Positions 50,616 to 63,819 of a stretch of DNA of 64,000 nucleotides are shown here, piece after piece. A program made the position numbers and the translations under genes. Origin of the DNA: Dimorphilus gyrociliatus (taxonomy: Eukaryota > Animalia > Annelida); assembly GCA_904063045.1 (NCBI GenBank), contig CAJFCJ010000007.1, positions 3,789,404 to 3,853,403 of the forward strand. The letters run 5' to 3'. The notes beneath the pieces are model-generated. The model saw only the letters and a program-made list of their open reading frames with translations. It searched no databases and was not told the origin of the DNA. Numbering within the stretch: position 1 is the stretch's first letter; each line of letters begins with the position of its first letter.

Positions 50616-51590
50616 TTATGTTGAGCCCAACCAATTTGAGACTCTTTGTTCTTTTGCCGATTTTGAAACATCTGATTCTATAGATTGGAGAACTACTTCG
50701 ATTGGTTCTTCTCGATGGTGTACCCATTTATCGTCTAAATATTTATAAATTTCCCGTATTGATGATCTTTTCTGGCATTTTGGCTCTAGGAGACGTCGGA
50801 ACATTCTTAGTGCTCTTGATTCGAACCTATTCCATTGTGATGGCAATTTGTTGGTCTTTCTTTGTTGATATTGAGCCCATTCTCTGTAGAAAACGTCAGA
50901 ATAGTGGGCTAATTCCCATGGAAAGTTACCGGTTATGGCACAAAATAGCAAGACTCCGAACGCCCAAACGTCTGCGGATGAATCGACGACATAGCGTTCG
51001 CCTTTAATAGCTTCTGCTATTTCTGGTGGCGTATATGGAATTCCGTTTGACACTTTTCTTACCCATGTCGAACTGCGTCTTGTCATACCAAAGTCGACAA
51101 GTTTAAACTTTTGGAAAGACTGGAAGACTAGAACGTTCTCAGGTTTTACATCTCTATGTGCTAGACGTTTGCTGTGCATGAACTCGAGAGCTGAACCAAT
51201 TTGTTTTCCGACTAGTTTAACAACTTCTTCCCGGAAACCTTTTTGCGGTTCGATCGCTTCGAAGAGGTCACCTTCTGGGGCGTATTCTTGAGCGAATACA
51301 AATGAACTATCAGTTTGAAAGGCAACGTCGAATGTTTTCAGGATGTTACTGTGAGGCGACAAATAATAGCTATACTGAAATTCCCTGGAAAAGTCCTTTA
51401 ACTTTGTCGTCTTCTTTGGCAATATTTTTAACGCAACTGACGTAGATGTTCTTTTGCAGTTTGCCAAAACGACTCTTCCATATGTTCCACATCCCAAATG
51501 CTGTAGAACGGTATAACGCTCTTCTAAACTACAATTGTCCAAAGATTCGCATATAGAGGAGCGAGGCGAACAATCCGGGCTGACTTTCAT
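50616..51590 (-). CDS. SBK1: Serine/threonine kinase SBK1-like (SH3-binding kinase / meng-po family), single coding exon
   Basis: GCGTYG, VALK, TKLKDFSREFQYSYYLSPH.NI, FVFAQEYAPEGDLF, HRDVKPENVLVF, DFG, GIPYTPPE, TGNFPWE. Confidence 0.87.
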   Translation of the reverse strand: MKVSPDCSPRSSICESLDNCSLEERYTVLQHLGCGTYGRVVLANCKRTSTSVALKILPKKTTKLKDFSREFQYSYYLSPHSNILKTFDVAFQTDSSFVFAQEYAPEGDLFEAIEPQKGFREEVVKLVGKQIGSALEFMHSKRLAHRDVKPENVLVFQSFQKFKLVDFGMTRRSSTWVRKVSNGIPYTPPEIAEAIKGERYVVDSSADVWAFGVLLFCAITGNFPWELAHYSDVFYREWAQYQQRKTNKLPSQWNRFESRALRMFRRLLEPKCQKRSSIREIYKYLDDKWVHHREEPIEVVLQSIESDVSKSAKEQRVSNWLGST

Positions 51591-54500
51591 CTCTAAAATG
51601 CCTGGTGAATGACGTCAGTAATAGCGGCGCCAATGTTGGGTCTAGGCCTACTATCTCTGACGGCAGCGCGTTGCAGATTTTTCAGTAGATAATTTGAAAA
51701 TCGATCTAGCAAATCTTTTTTCACTTTGAAACATCTGAGAATATTATTTAAAATTATTTTTCTTCGATTTTCGTCCATTTTGAATTTTTCAGGAAAAATG
51801 AAGATATATTCTGTAACAATAATAAAAAACAACCATAGGGGGAAAAGTAGAGACAAAGAAATCTGTTTTTACGGATAAATAGAATTGAAAAAAAGAAAAA
51901 GAGAAAAGAAGAAAAATGAAAACTAATGAGAGATAGAAAGATAAAGATATAGAGAACAGTAGGGAAACAGCCGGGAAAGGAAAGATTGAAAGATAGACGG
52001 ACTGATAGATGGATAAAGAAAGATAGAGAAATGAAAAAAAAATAATGTTAGTTTTTAACTGTTGCTCTATTGCAGTATTTTTGCAGTATCAGGTTTATCT
52101 CTATATAATCGACTATAAGTAAAGAGAAAATTTAAAGATTATAGATATATAGACGTTTGAGGTCAATAACTGATTTTGTTTTCCTACATATCAAAAGAAG
52201 ATCAAACACCTGCTGTGTAATTTACACTACAAATTCTATAGTATTCACCTACCTTTTATAATTAATAATCATTTATTATATTACAAAGTGATACGAAGGA
52301 ATTTTCTTTTTTTTTACAAATTTCTGTCATTTAATACATCTTTACTTAGGATTCGAATATATATATATACTATATATACAGATTAATGATTATATCCGTT
52401 ATCGTGGGGATTATCCTTAAATATCTATAATTTGACCAGTTCCTTACTCAAAACTTCAAAATTTACAGTTAGAAAAATTAGGTTAAGCTGTTATTTAACT
52501 TTTTTCCCTTCGAACAAAAAAGAGAAGAAAGAAGGAAAAAAAATAGACACGTGAGCAGAATGTAATTCTATATATATATATATATATGATATTTCAAAGT
52601 CTTAGAGAAAAGGATTTAGTAAGGTGAAGATTTCTCTGGCAATAACGAAAGAAAAAGACAAATTATTTCGGTTGTTTGTACCAGTTGATTTTCGTTAGCG
52701 GCTAACTATTTGCGCAAAAATACTGTATACACCAGAACATTAGACTAAGGCGTTTATAAGTTAACTGTTTTTATTTTTATGCCAAAGTGCCAAAAGTTTT
52801 GCTAATTGTAAAGGAATAAAAAAGAAAAAAAAAGAGGGGGAGGCGAAGGGGAAGAAAAGTAGAGCAGATAGGGGGGAGGAGATAGAGAGAGAGAAACGAA
52901 CTGATTACAGACAGGATAGAGAAAGAAACTGTAGGGTTAGAGATGAGGAATAGGAAAGAAATGATCTTTCAACCCATTTCCCTGGTTTAACCTTCTGCTA
53001 CCCTCTCCTTTAAAGAGGTCAACATCCGCTTTACCCTCTTCATTCCCGCTAGGTATGTACGTCCACTATCGAGTTTGTCTTACTTTTATACAAACTGATA
53101 ATCAATCGAGTATGCTTGTCTATTTTCTAGGCTAATCCTAACTGGAAACATATAGTCAATCCTCTTTCCACAATACTCAATAATTATTTTTTTATATAAA
53201 ACAAAATAAAAAAGTTCCACAGTTAATAACAGTAAAATCTAAAGAAGTATTGAAAAAGGAATAAAGTGACTTTATATAGTTCTATAGTTCACTGAATTCT
53301 ATAAATCAATTATACAGGCGCCGGAAGTAATGAATACAGGTAAGTTACTGATTGTTCTCTTTTTATATTTCTGGAAAATCTTTTATAATCATTTCATAAT
53401 TTATATTCTTTGTATTTATGAAAGATATTATGTATTTGGAACATAACCTACATATAGTTGCTAAATTTAGTATCATACTTCAATAAATTCAGTATGTATA
53501 CATGTTTTTTTTTTCTTTTCCAGATAAATCTGTTGTAAGAAGGAAGTAGTTACCTCTTTTCTAACTTTACATTATAATTTTCACTTATTAAAGTTTAATA
53601 TTTCCCACGTTGAGAATTAAACCTAATAATAGGAAAGTTGAGTATTTAAACAACTTTTTTGTATTAATTAGTGTCATGATTTGTCCATTCTCTATTAAAA
53701 TGAAAAGTTTGCTAGTTTCTTTTTATAGAAAATAGTATGTAAAAATAGTGCTTTTCTTTCAAATATTTATAACTATAATATGTTGATGATTTATAAGTAA
53801 AGATATGGGAGAGGTGATGAGAGAGGGAAGGAGAAGAACCGTAATTACAAAGCTTTATTTGCTCAGCTACTTAATTTTGTAAGGAGATAATCAATAATTC
53901 GCCTGTAGATTACCAAAAGCATCGTGAGACAAGGGGATTGATTTAAACTACAAATTTTCAATTAAAAATTGTTTATTTTGCTAAGAAAGAGTAACATATG
54001 ATTGATATTTACTACCGTGTTAACATTTCTCAAAAAGGACAACGGTATTTTAATATTCTTAGTGTTTGTTTTCCTTTATATTTATTGTCCTTATTCCCAA
54101 ATGATAAAAAGATTAAACGATTCTGTTTATTAATTATGTAAAAACCGATTAGTCAAGTATTAATACGAAAATTAATTCTTGGAAAATCTCTCTTCGACTG
54201 TTCGTGATAAGCATTTAATGGCTATTGTAAGAAATTTTTTAAAGAAACTCGTAAACTTAGTACTTTTTTTCTTTATTCTACACCTGTATTAAATAAAGAA
54301 CCTTCAAGTATTTAAATCGATTAAGAGAGTTATATACCTATTTATTACAAACAAATAAATCAATAGTAAATCTTTCGATTTTCTTTCTTCAAAATTTTCC
54401 GCTTATTCGGCAGTTTTTCTATTTATAGAAAGCGTCTCAATCAATTTCCCTTCACGAGCATCGATTTTTTCCCCTGCGTCATATAAGTGCCTGGTAGTTA

Positions 54501-54771
54501 TTTTATGCGTATATTTAGATATAGCTATCACGTGATGTCATGTCGTCTTGCATGTACAATTTGAAACTATTAGCCTCTTAAACTAAAAAATTAATCTATT
54601 TTTCACTGATGCCGACAATTATGAGCAAAAAAGTACTAAGAAGTGTAATGCAAATAAGCCTAGACTATGCAGCTCTGATTTTAACCAGAGTAATCTTATC
54701 ACGTCATTTTAGAGTGTTTTGTTAATTTATTCGACATTATACTAAAATAAATCAGTATCGCCCTCTTTTGT

Positions 54772-56328
54772 TTAAAGATGAAACTTTCTTCTACTGGTAT
54801 CCATTTCGTGTCTCTGTTAAAGGGAAATTTAATTACTTTAATATAGAGATTGGTATAAAATTCAATTTCCAGACCTTATGAACCCATTCGTATTCTCCAT
54901 ATTTGGAATCGAATGTTCCTTTTTGTAAAGACCGTAACTTGAGGGTAAATCGAGGTCCCAATTCGTGAAGGCCAACTTTTTTCTGGTTGCGAAATTGATA
55001 ACGATGGTGACGAAAAAATATATAATCCCGCTGATTGTGAAATGTCGCAACTCTTCTCCCATGAAATTGCGGGTCATGAGGAAAGATTGCGGCCAACATT
55101 CTTCCTATTGTATGACCAAGGCGGGTATTAAAGTTATTAAGTATAACTTCCGGCTGATGATAGGTTGTTTTTCCAACTCTCTATTTTTAACAAAAAATTA
55201 CTTTTATTAGTTTATAATTATATTTATATATTTGTTTATCAATACAGTGTAAATATAGAATGTATCCAGTATATATATATATTATATATAAATATATATG
55301 AATACAAATCAGATAATACGTGACTTGGTGATGGATTAAAAATAGAAATGTAATAACATTTGTCCAATTTTATAGGATCACGGCTATGTTTTATGGACAA
55401 TGTATTTACTAATGGAAGATGCAGTAATTTCACTTGGAAGAAAAACTGTCAAACAAGCAAAATGTGTTGGATAAACTGCTTTTCTATTATTACCTTTATT
55501 TCTTTGGGCAAAATAACGTTAGACAAACGGAAATGAGCTGTCGGGCCGTCAGGTAGGTGACTTAAAACCAGTCCATCTATAAATAAATACGGTAATGGAA
55601 AGAGAATATTAAACAAAATGTATACAATACTTGGTATTTTCCTGTCATCATTTACGACAATTAGGTCTGTGAAGTCTTTAGCTTTCATTTGCTTTATTAC
55701 TTTCTTTAAATCTAATCCTCTTCTATAATAGTAGAAAGAATTGGGAATAATGTCTTTTAAACGTTGACAAAACAGGTAGCTCCTCTGAAAAAGTCGGAAA
55801 TTGTTGTTCATTTATGTTTCATAATAAGTCATTTTGCTACTCTTACCATCCTAGGTCTATCAGAAGTTGTTATCAAAACTTTAGGCGCTGATTCTCTATT
55901 AAAATAAGAGGCTAGTTCGTCTGTTGTTTCATCAGCAATAACTTCTTCATCTTCCAAATTAACCATGGTTTCATCGGGTACTCTCATGTTTTCAATTGTT
56001 TTAGGAATTTGTTTTTCTACCTATCATCAATGAATCAATGAACCTTTCTGACTATGAATATGTATATTCTTACCTCTTTTCCTGATTTTTTTGCCTCTCT
56101 CTTCTTTTTTTGCCTTTCTTTCAATTTCATCTGAAAGTATTAAAAGTGAAAAAATTAAATAACTTTGTTAATATATTAAAGAAACTCAAGATTTTAGCAA
56201 AAAAAAACCTTCGTTTTCTCCCTTTTCAACTTCTTGAAATGTTCCCTTCGTCGGAACTTGTTTTTGATCCTAAAATCAGTGGATACTTCTTCTGAATTTT
56301 CCATGCTTTCCTTGGTGGAGTCCGCCAT
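54772..56328 (-). CDS. RPF1: Ribosome production factor 1 (Brix domain), multi-exon
   Basis: MADSTK…; [11 protein letters not shown]; [16 protein letters not shown]; [20 protein letters not shown]…[14 protein letters not shown]…[30 protein letters not shown]|[13 protein letters not shown]. Confidence 0.93.
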
Positions 56329-56637
56329 CTTGGTTAGTATTAAATGACGGGTGCATCGGTGAATTGAATATTGGAGTGGGCGATATTGAAGAAAAAAGAG
56401 TGTTTTATATATCCGTATTAAACTATACATCCGTATTTTAGGTAAACTAGAAAAAAGTTTGCGAAATATTAGACTCTGCATTGAAAGTATGATAATAATC
56501 ACTTTCTTCTTTTTGAAGAAAATGAAAATAAAACCATTCATTAAGTTTTTTTTTGGTGATTAAAACAGAATTTTAATTGATTACAAAATGTATTAATATA
56601 TAAAGTAAATGTATGTATAAATATATACATATATACA

Positions 56638-56673
<36 letters not shown>

Positions 56674-56853
56674 TATCAATTACTCAATTACTTATGTATT
56701 TGAACATTAAAAAAGAGAATAGTATTGATAACAAAACGAATTATAAATACATATAATTTGTTCAAAAAAAATTATTTATATTTGTATTAAACATTAAACT
56801 ACTTTATAGACTTATTGTAACAACAAAAAATAACCTATTTTATAAATGGAATA

Positions 56854-59800
56854 TTATTTCCAAGCTCTTGAAAGAGCTTTCCTTGAGGAAAATTTTTGCG
56901 TTACGACAGATACAACAATCATTCCCGTGACAACGGCACTAATAAAAAAATAGTCAAAATCTTCTTTTAATACATCGTACATTTTCGATGGCATGAGACG
57001 AGTATAGAATAAATCTGGAGAGTAACAATATTATAATAATATTTTCAATTAATTCTTCAAGATAAGGCTATTCAATTTACCTAGACCATAGGTGAGAACA
57101 AGTGACGTTGATTCCAATCCTGCTGGTGCAGTGTGAATTCCTTTAACTCTATATACTGACTGATTATAATTAACCATCGCTTCGAATAGCTTTGGTAATT
57201 CTGGGATATAGGGGAGAACGCCTTCTTCTCTAAAAGATGAAATAATGTTACATTTATTGCAATAATATTATTACTATAGATGTGTTTAAAATTTTACGAA
57301 CTGTGACTCCGCCGTTGGGACTAAGGGTCGTCTAGGATCTAGAAGCATCTTTGGTAAAGCTAAAATCGATCCAGTTGGTAAAGCCACTAAATTAGGAATA
57401 AAAAAGGATGAGTTAATACTAAAGCAATAAAAAGTTAATAAATTATTTATATTGTATATATTAATATACACTTATATAAACATACTTATAACTTCTTTGT
57501 TAGTAATACCCTTCTCGGTAACTGTCACTGCCATTGCAGATACGTGACCAGAAAATATATAAGCTTGAGTCATAAACATAGGCTGATAATTCACGGAGAA
57601 TGAGCTAAACGCCGTTGCATTGTTTTGTTCTTTACCCTCAAAAATTTCAACAACTGCAACTTCGCTTCTTTTTTGTCTATTTTTCACCGAATAATAAACA
57701 TACTAAAAATAGAAAACAATTTTAATATTAACATTGTAATACGTGGAATAAAATTGAAAATATTTACAGCTATCCAATTTTCAGAATGAACTATTTGTAC
57801 AGGGCCCAAAGCGCTTTTGTGCGTTGTAGAATAAACGACGTTCCCAGTTACTCCATCAATTAGATATACTGATATAAAAGCTGTTGAAAGAGATAGATAA
57901 ATCTAATGAGAATCGGAAACTTATTAGAAGAGGAGAATTTAAGTTCAGTTTTACATTTTCCCTGTTGATCAACTCCTGAGGTAGTTACGGCAAATAAATT
58001 TGGGTTTAAGTACTTGTACATAACACTTCTGTCTCCCAAAACAACTCCTTGAGAATGAACGTGTTCTAGAAAAGAGACAGTAAACATGTAGGAAAAAGGT
58101 ATTTCCTGATATCTTAAATAGTAATTTGTACCGATTGATCTCTTTGCGACTATGTTTGTTATATTCTGCTCGTTTTTCATCAGATCAACTCTCCATGATG
58201 GAGCAGCAACTAAATACTGAAAAAAGACATTTGCAATTAAACTTCAGTAGAATAAAGTAAGATAACATTAAAATCGAAATATTGACAAATTTAAATTAAA
58301 TTTGATATCCTTGTTTAATTAAAACTCTTTATTATACTTACGCTATCTTCTTGCATAATAACATATCCATTTAGTATATTGGTAGTGGTATCAACCGTAT
58401 ATGTGAATAAGTTATTGGCATGTTCTTTCACAACATTTTTTCCTTCCGTTGGGTAAACGTGTACCTGTTTATGATAAATGAAGCGTTTAAAACACATTAA
58501 TAGGTTCACTTTAAAAATCTGTTACCATTTTCGAACTGTCAATTATTACTAATGGTGCAATGTAGTCTTCCTGGACAAATTGAAGTTGAGTAATTTGAAT
58601 TGGTACGTAGTTCATAAGAACACCATCGTTCGATCCTTGAATTTCACCAGTAATCGGATTGAAAGTCATAAATATAGACTGAGCTTTTGTCTGTAAGAGA
58701 AAACAGAAAAGGTAATCATATTAGTGTAATGCTAAAAGTGAATATGCATTGATATGAGAAGAATAGGACTAATCAATATATTTTGAGATTCAAAAAAGTC
58801 TCATTGATGTAAACTTACAGCATGTCTTGCCACAACAGTAGCCACAGGAGGATGGGGAAAATGAGCCGTTGTCCTTTGAATATATAATGGAAGAGCTATT
58901 TTCCCAGAGTGGTCAAAAACTTCAGCATTTGTTATACTAATTTGCCATAATATTTGACCGCTTAAATTATCAATACCAAATAGCTAAAAAATTGACGAAA
59001 AGAATATTAAGTTATTATAATAATGACATATATTCTATACAGTATATATATGTATATTATGTTCGAATGTACTACCTTCATGGAAGCTGTAGTTGCTACA
59101 ATCATTTTATGTAAGTTAAAGTCATCTCTTGTCAAATAATCAGGATCGTTTATTAATTCAGCTCTTCCGGAATTTGATCCACTAGTTTTAGACAATTTTG
59201 CTGATATATGAAGAATCCAAGTCTATAGAAAGCAAACAAATAAGTTTATTTTTGGAATGGTATATGTAAATATAGAAACTTAATTATAAATACTACAATT
59301 CGAAATGGTACTTACGCCAAATTGATGTAACTGGGTAATTAACCTTTTCACAAACATACTAGCCAGATTATCTGAAAGAAATCACATAAGTCATTAAAAT
59401 AATACTTTGTCTGCAAAATATTACACAACAATTAAAGTTTTAAAAGAATGAACAAAATTCAAGTCATTTTTCGAGGGAGAAAAATTACATCTAAAATTTT
59501 TTCCTTAAAAAAAAAACAAGCTATTCAAAATACAAACTATACTAAAAAAGACATACAATTAGTAAGATTTTCTTACTACCAGATAACATGCACGATTGAA
59601 CAGTGAAAAAATGACATCTTAATTGAAACAAAACTTCGTGAAGTTATAACAAAGAAATTTACCATTTAAACTTGTTGAAAATACAGCTGTCAATATTATA
59701 GACATAAAATATAGTTATACAGTATATATTAAATATATATATATATATACATATAATTCTTTATATACAAAAATATATAAAAACCTAATTCAATTGTTTA

Positions 59801-62002
59801 CATAGTTATTCAATATTAAAGATCAGCTTATTAAGAAAATTTTTATACTTACATCCTGAACTGCCAAATTCATCTTCCATTTCAGCTTGAATTTGAGACA
59901 CTGGCAAATCAACCATTTCGACAGAGAGTATATTTGACAGAGCTTCCTCCCTCGTCCATGTTATTCCTCCTTCATAACAAAAATACAGTTTTAATATAAA
60001 ATAAGGAAAATCTTAATTATGATGAAAAAATTAATAATTGTTATCTTAGATATTCTACATAAATCAGGGACTAGTTTCCATATTATTAGTATTCATTATG
60101 CAGCTTATCTGAGTGATCAACTATCAAATACTTCGATTTGATAACGATAAGAAAAGATCAATGATGTATCTTAAATAAAACTAACCATTCTTAATGAACA
60201 TTGACAGAGAGAGATCATCAGAAATAATAAAAACTCGCACAGAAGTGGTGCCATCTTTTTTCTTAAACGCTAATACTCTGAGTTCATTTGGATATTTTCT
60301 ATACGATGGCCATATGTCACTCATTTGTAAGCTAGTTATTTCATTTCCAGTTTCATATTCAAAAAATCTTATTTTTATTTCTTGATTTTCAACGGTTGCA
60401 GTGGCAATAATTAGCTCGTTGTTAAGTTTGGTGATGGAAGTAGCAACAATCTATAATATTTTAATAGTGTATCTTTATAGATTTTTTCTATTACATTAAT
60501 TTAATTAATAATTACATTATCGGAATAAAATAATTCTTTTGTTTTGTCTCCGTCAATCTTTATTAAAGCCATACCAGAGCCTGAACTTTTCTTAAAACCG
60601 AATAAGCTACCTAGACTCTCTCTTGTTTCAAATAATGCATTTAGGTTTTTTGAACATGTAGAAGCCTATAAAGAAAGTTAACTTGAATAGTTCTGCCTTT
60701 AATTCAGAGGTTTAAAAACTTACAGATAGAACTATTTCCTTATAGGAATGGGGTTTAGCAGCGTTTAATAAGTATAATCGGGATTTTTCACTTTCTAAGC
60801 AGACTACATTAGTTGTAACGGTAATACATCTGAAATAATTGTTCGATTTGTCAAGAACTTTAATACAAGCTGGCATATAAAAACTCTTACTCTAGGCTGT
60901 CTGTTTTCATCCAAGGGTTTTTAATTGTATTCTCAGCTACGCGACTACCATCAGTACTATAAGAAATAACATCAGTATCTCCTGAGCTAGGAATTCTCAA
61001 TACAGTCACAGAAGAATCCGTATTTATGAGCTTTTGAAATTTGCTCTTGAGGCTGCAAGTTATTTTCTATTACAGATTTTTAATATAAATAACAATGAAA
61101 TTGACTTACGGTGTTAAAGTTTTCGTCCATTGAACTCTTCCTGTGGAAGTGTCTACAGACCAAACACGATTATTGGCAAGAACTGCCACTTTTTCTGAAA
61201 GTTAATTTATTAAATTATGAGAGAATAAGGATAACTTAGTAAGTATACTACTTACCACTTCTTCCACCATAAATAACACCAGTGGCTCTATAGATGGAAA
61301 AAAGGGTAATAAACGTAAATTTTTTTATAAAATTACATAAATATTAATAACTTACGTTCCTTCAGGTTCACTTTGTAAATTCACTTCCCATAATAGAAAT
61401 CCTTGATTTATAGTGAATGCCCTAACAAATTTGCCACCCCCAGATATAGCAACGACAGCTTTTTGGATTAAATTTATTTTAAACAATGTATATACTGTAT
61501 AAGCAGACGATAATCTATACCTGTTTCTAGATGTAGTACCGTGTCCAAACGATCATCGTTCTCTAGAATCTGACGCCAAGCTAAAATAAAATATTAAAAA
61601 TTAATGATATATGGTTAGTATTTTTTTAAAAGTTTGAAAATCGTTCAATATAGTTTATACGAGTTAATACTAATTATTTATATAAGAAAACGTGGTCAGA
61701 TAAATAACTTTGATAAAATGATTCACAGTAACTTACATAATTCTCCATTTTTCACTGTTAAGGCGGCTATAACATTTTCTTCACTTCCAACAATCACTTT
61801 TTTACCAAACTGACCTGCCTGGTTGAACGCTGCAAATTGGACCTTGCCTATGTACTGCTGTCGCCTGCAAGCGGCCAATACAACGTAAAAATGTAAACGC
61901 TAAACAATTAAATAACAAATACCAGTCGAATTTTCCTACTTGATCTTCGTACAAACAATGAACTGTACACAGAACGGTTAGATATATAAAAAAGACACGC
62001 AT
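56854..62002 (-). CDS. EMC1: ER membrane protein complex subunit 1, many small exons
   Basis: Signal peptide then LYEDQVGKFDW|RQQYIG (ATG 62002; the listed ORF opens at a GTG). TRDDFNLHKMIV; VLGDRSVMYKYLNPNL; MLLDPRRP; C-terminus KALSRAWK*. Confidence 0.95.
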
Positions 62003-62343
62003 CTTCACTATTTATCACTCTAAAAGTAAAATATTTAGAATGACTGAGCAATACGGGTATATAAACTATACCAGTTTTCGCAAGAAGCTCGTAGCTCGTT
62101 GAGGCCGTGAGCTGACTACTTTTTTAAAATAACTAATGCAGTTTTGACTTATAGTTTGCGTTATAATAATAAATATGATGTATTTTCTATTGTCTTACAT
62201 ATGTCTAACAAACAATGAGGTTCATGTACAAAGCATATAGCTTAATTTCAGTGTGATGTAAATTTTACTACAAAGAGGGTACATTAAATTGTTTATGATA
62301 CAAATTCAATAGAATAAAACAAAAAATTCGGAAAGTTGACATT

Positions 62344-63555
62344 TTATTTTAAAATACTCAATTTTTCCTTCAACATTAGTTGAGTCTTCGTTAAGTTTGC
62401 CAAATATACTACCATCAACAAATCTTTCATATTAGAATTGACAATTGTATCAAACTCTTCAGCGCTTAACTTTGGTACGCTGTTAATTAATTCTAATAAA
62501 CTTCTGCCTACTTTTGGGTTTGCCTCTAATTCTTTTTTAGTAACTTTATCAACATAGTCCTCAACTTTTTCTAACATGGTCTCAATCTGCTCCGAAGCCT
62601 TGGCTACTTGTTCCATATCGCTACGAACCGAAACGACTTTACGTGGTAGACTCTTCGCTTGGGAAATAGTGTGAAAAGCAACTCTTTCAGCATCTTGGGC
62701 AACAATGTCAATATCTAAAGGCGTAAATATAACACCTTGAGCTTTGCCAGATATTCCAACAGCAGATCCAATGTAGCCTTGAATGTTCATTCTGTTATTC
62801 TTTAGAGATGTGTCTACTGTTATATGTATCGGTTGTTTACACTCCAAAGAGTAATATTCGTGAATTAAACGGGAATGGGCAGTAACTTCATTTCCAGTTG
62901 AGTACCTATAACACAATGCAATCAAAATTCAGCTATATAGTAAATAACAGACTAGTTACCATCCAACAACAGTTTCCCAAGGGGTTACTCGTTTATATAA
63001 ATCAAACATTCCTTTAGCATATTCAATATCAACTGCAACCTATAAATATTTAACATAAATTAAAACGAGGAAATGTGGTAAATTATGAAATTAGGAAGTA
63101 AAGAATATAGCAAGTATTGAAGTTTCCCTCAACCCATATTCCTTGTATGAAATATTTCCTATCTATTAAAACATATGTATATCTATATGTATTGCAGGAA
63201 GCATATTAATACTGTGTCTAAGTTTATTTCTAAGATAAATATTAAACATCATTCATATTTTGATTTACTATACCTCATCAGCTGATTCATTGTGAGGAAC
63301 TGTAAAACAATTTGTAATTTCTACCACATTCTTGTCAACGATTCCTGTAATAGTTTAATGAGTGATAAATGAGTAGCATGCCGCCGAAAGTATGTTGGAT
63401 AAAATATTTGGAAATAACATAAATTCAATTATAATAGTAATATTACCTAAGAGTGTTCCGATTACCCTCTTTGGGTCTTCACTTCTACGTTCATAAGAAT
63501 CTACGATATTGAATAAAACCAGAGGATGAACCTTTACTTCCAGTGCAGAAGCCAT
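62344..63555 (-). CDS. EIF3F: Eukaryotic translation initiation factor 3 subunit F (MPN), multi-exon
   Basis: [18 protein letters not shown]…RVIGTLLG; [14 protein letters not shown]; WY|STG; [16 protein letters not shown]. Confidence 0.95.
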
Positions 63556-63819
63556 CTTGTAGAAATTTTACGTGAGAGGTGGAAAAATATTAACTGGTAA
63601 TATTTGGCTATTTCGTTACCAGGTTATCGCCACGTGATGAATGTTTTGGGAGAAGCTTGTTCAGCTTTAGTGCACTGAAGTAATTTAAACATATAATTGA
63701 AATATTATATTCTAATAATTTTTTGCTTTCACATAAAGTATGAAACTAACTAACTGATCATTAAGATGAAATACGCATGAAAGCAAAGATTTGATTCAAA
63801 TTCTAATTGCATCAGAAAG

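Noticed and set aside
51593-51856. 87-aa minus-strand ORF ending 2 nt before the SBK1 ATG (possible uORF)
   Set aside because: Low-complexity, AT-rich translation, and probably partly intronic; no support without transcript data.
18113-62002. EMC4 and EMC1, two subunits of one complex, in the same window
   Set aside because: About 38 kb and a dozen genes apart; compatible with chance in such a gene-dense genome unless synteny shows conservation.
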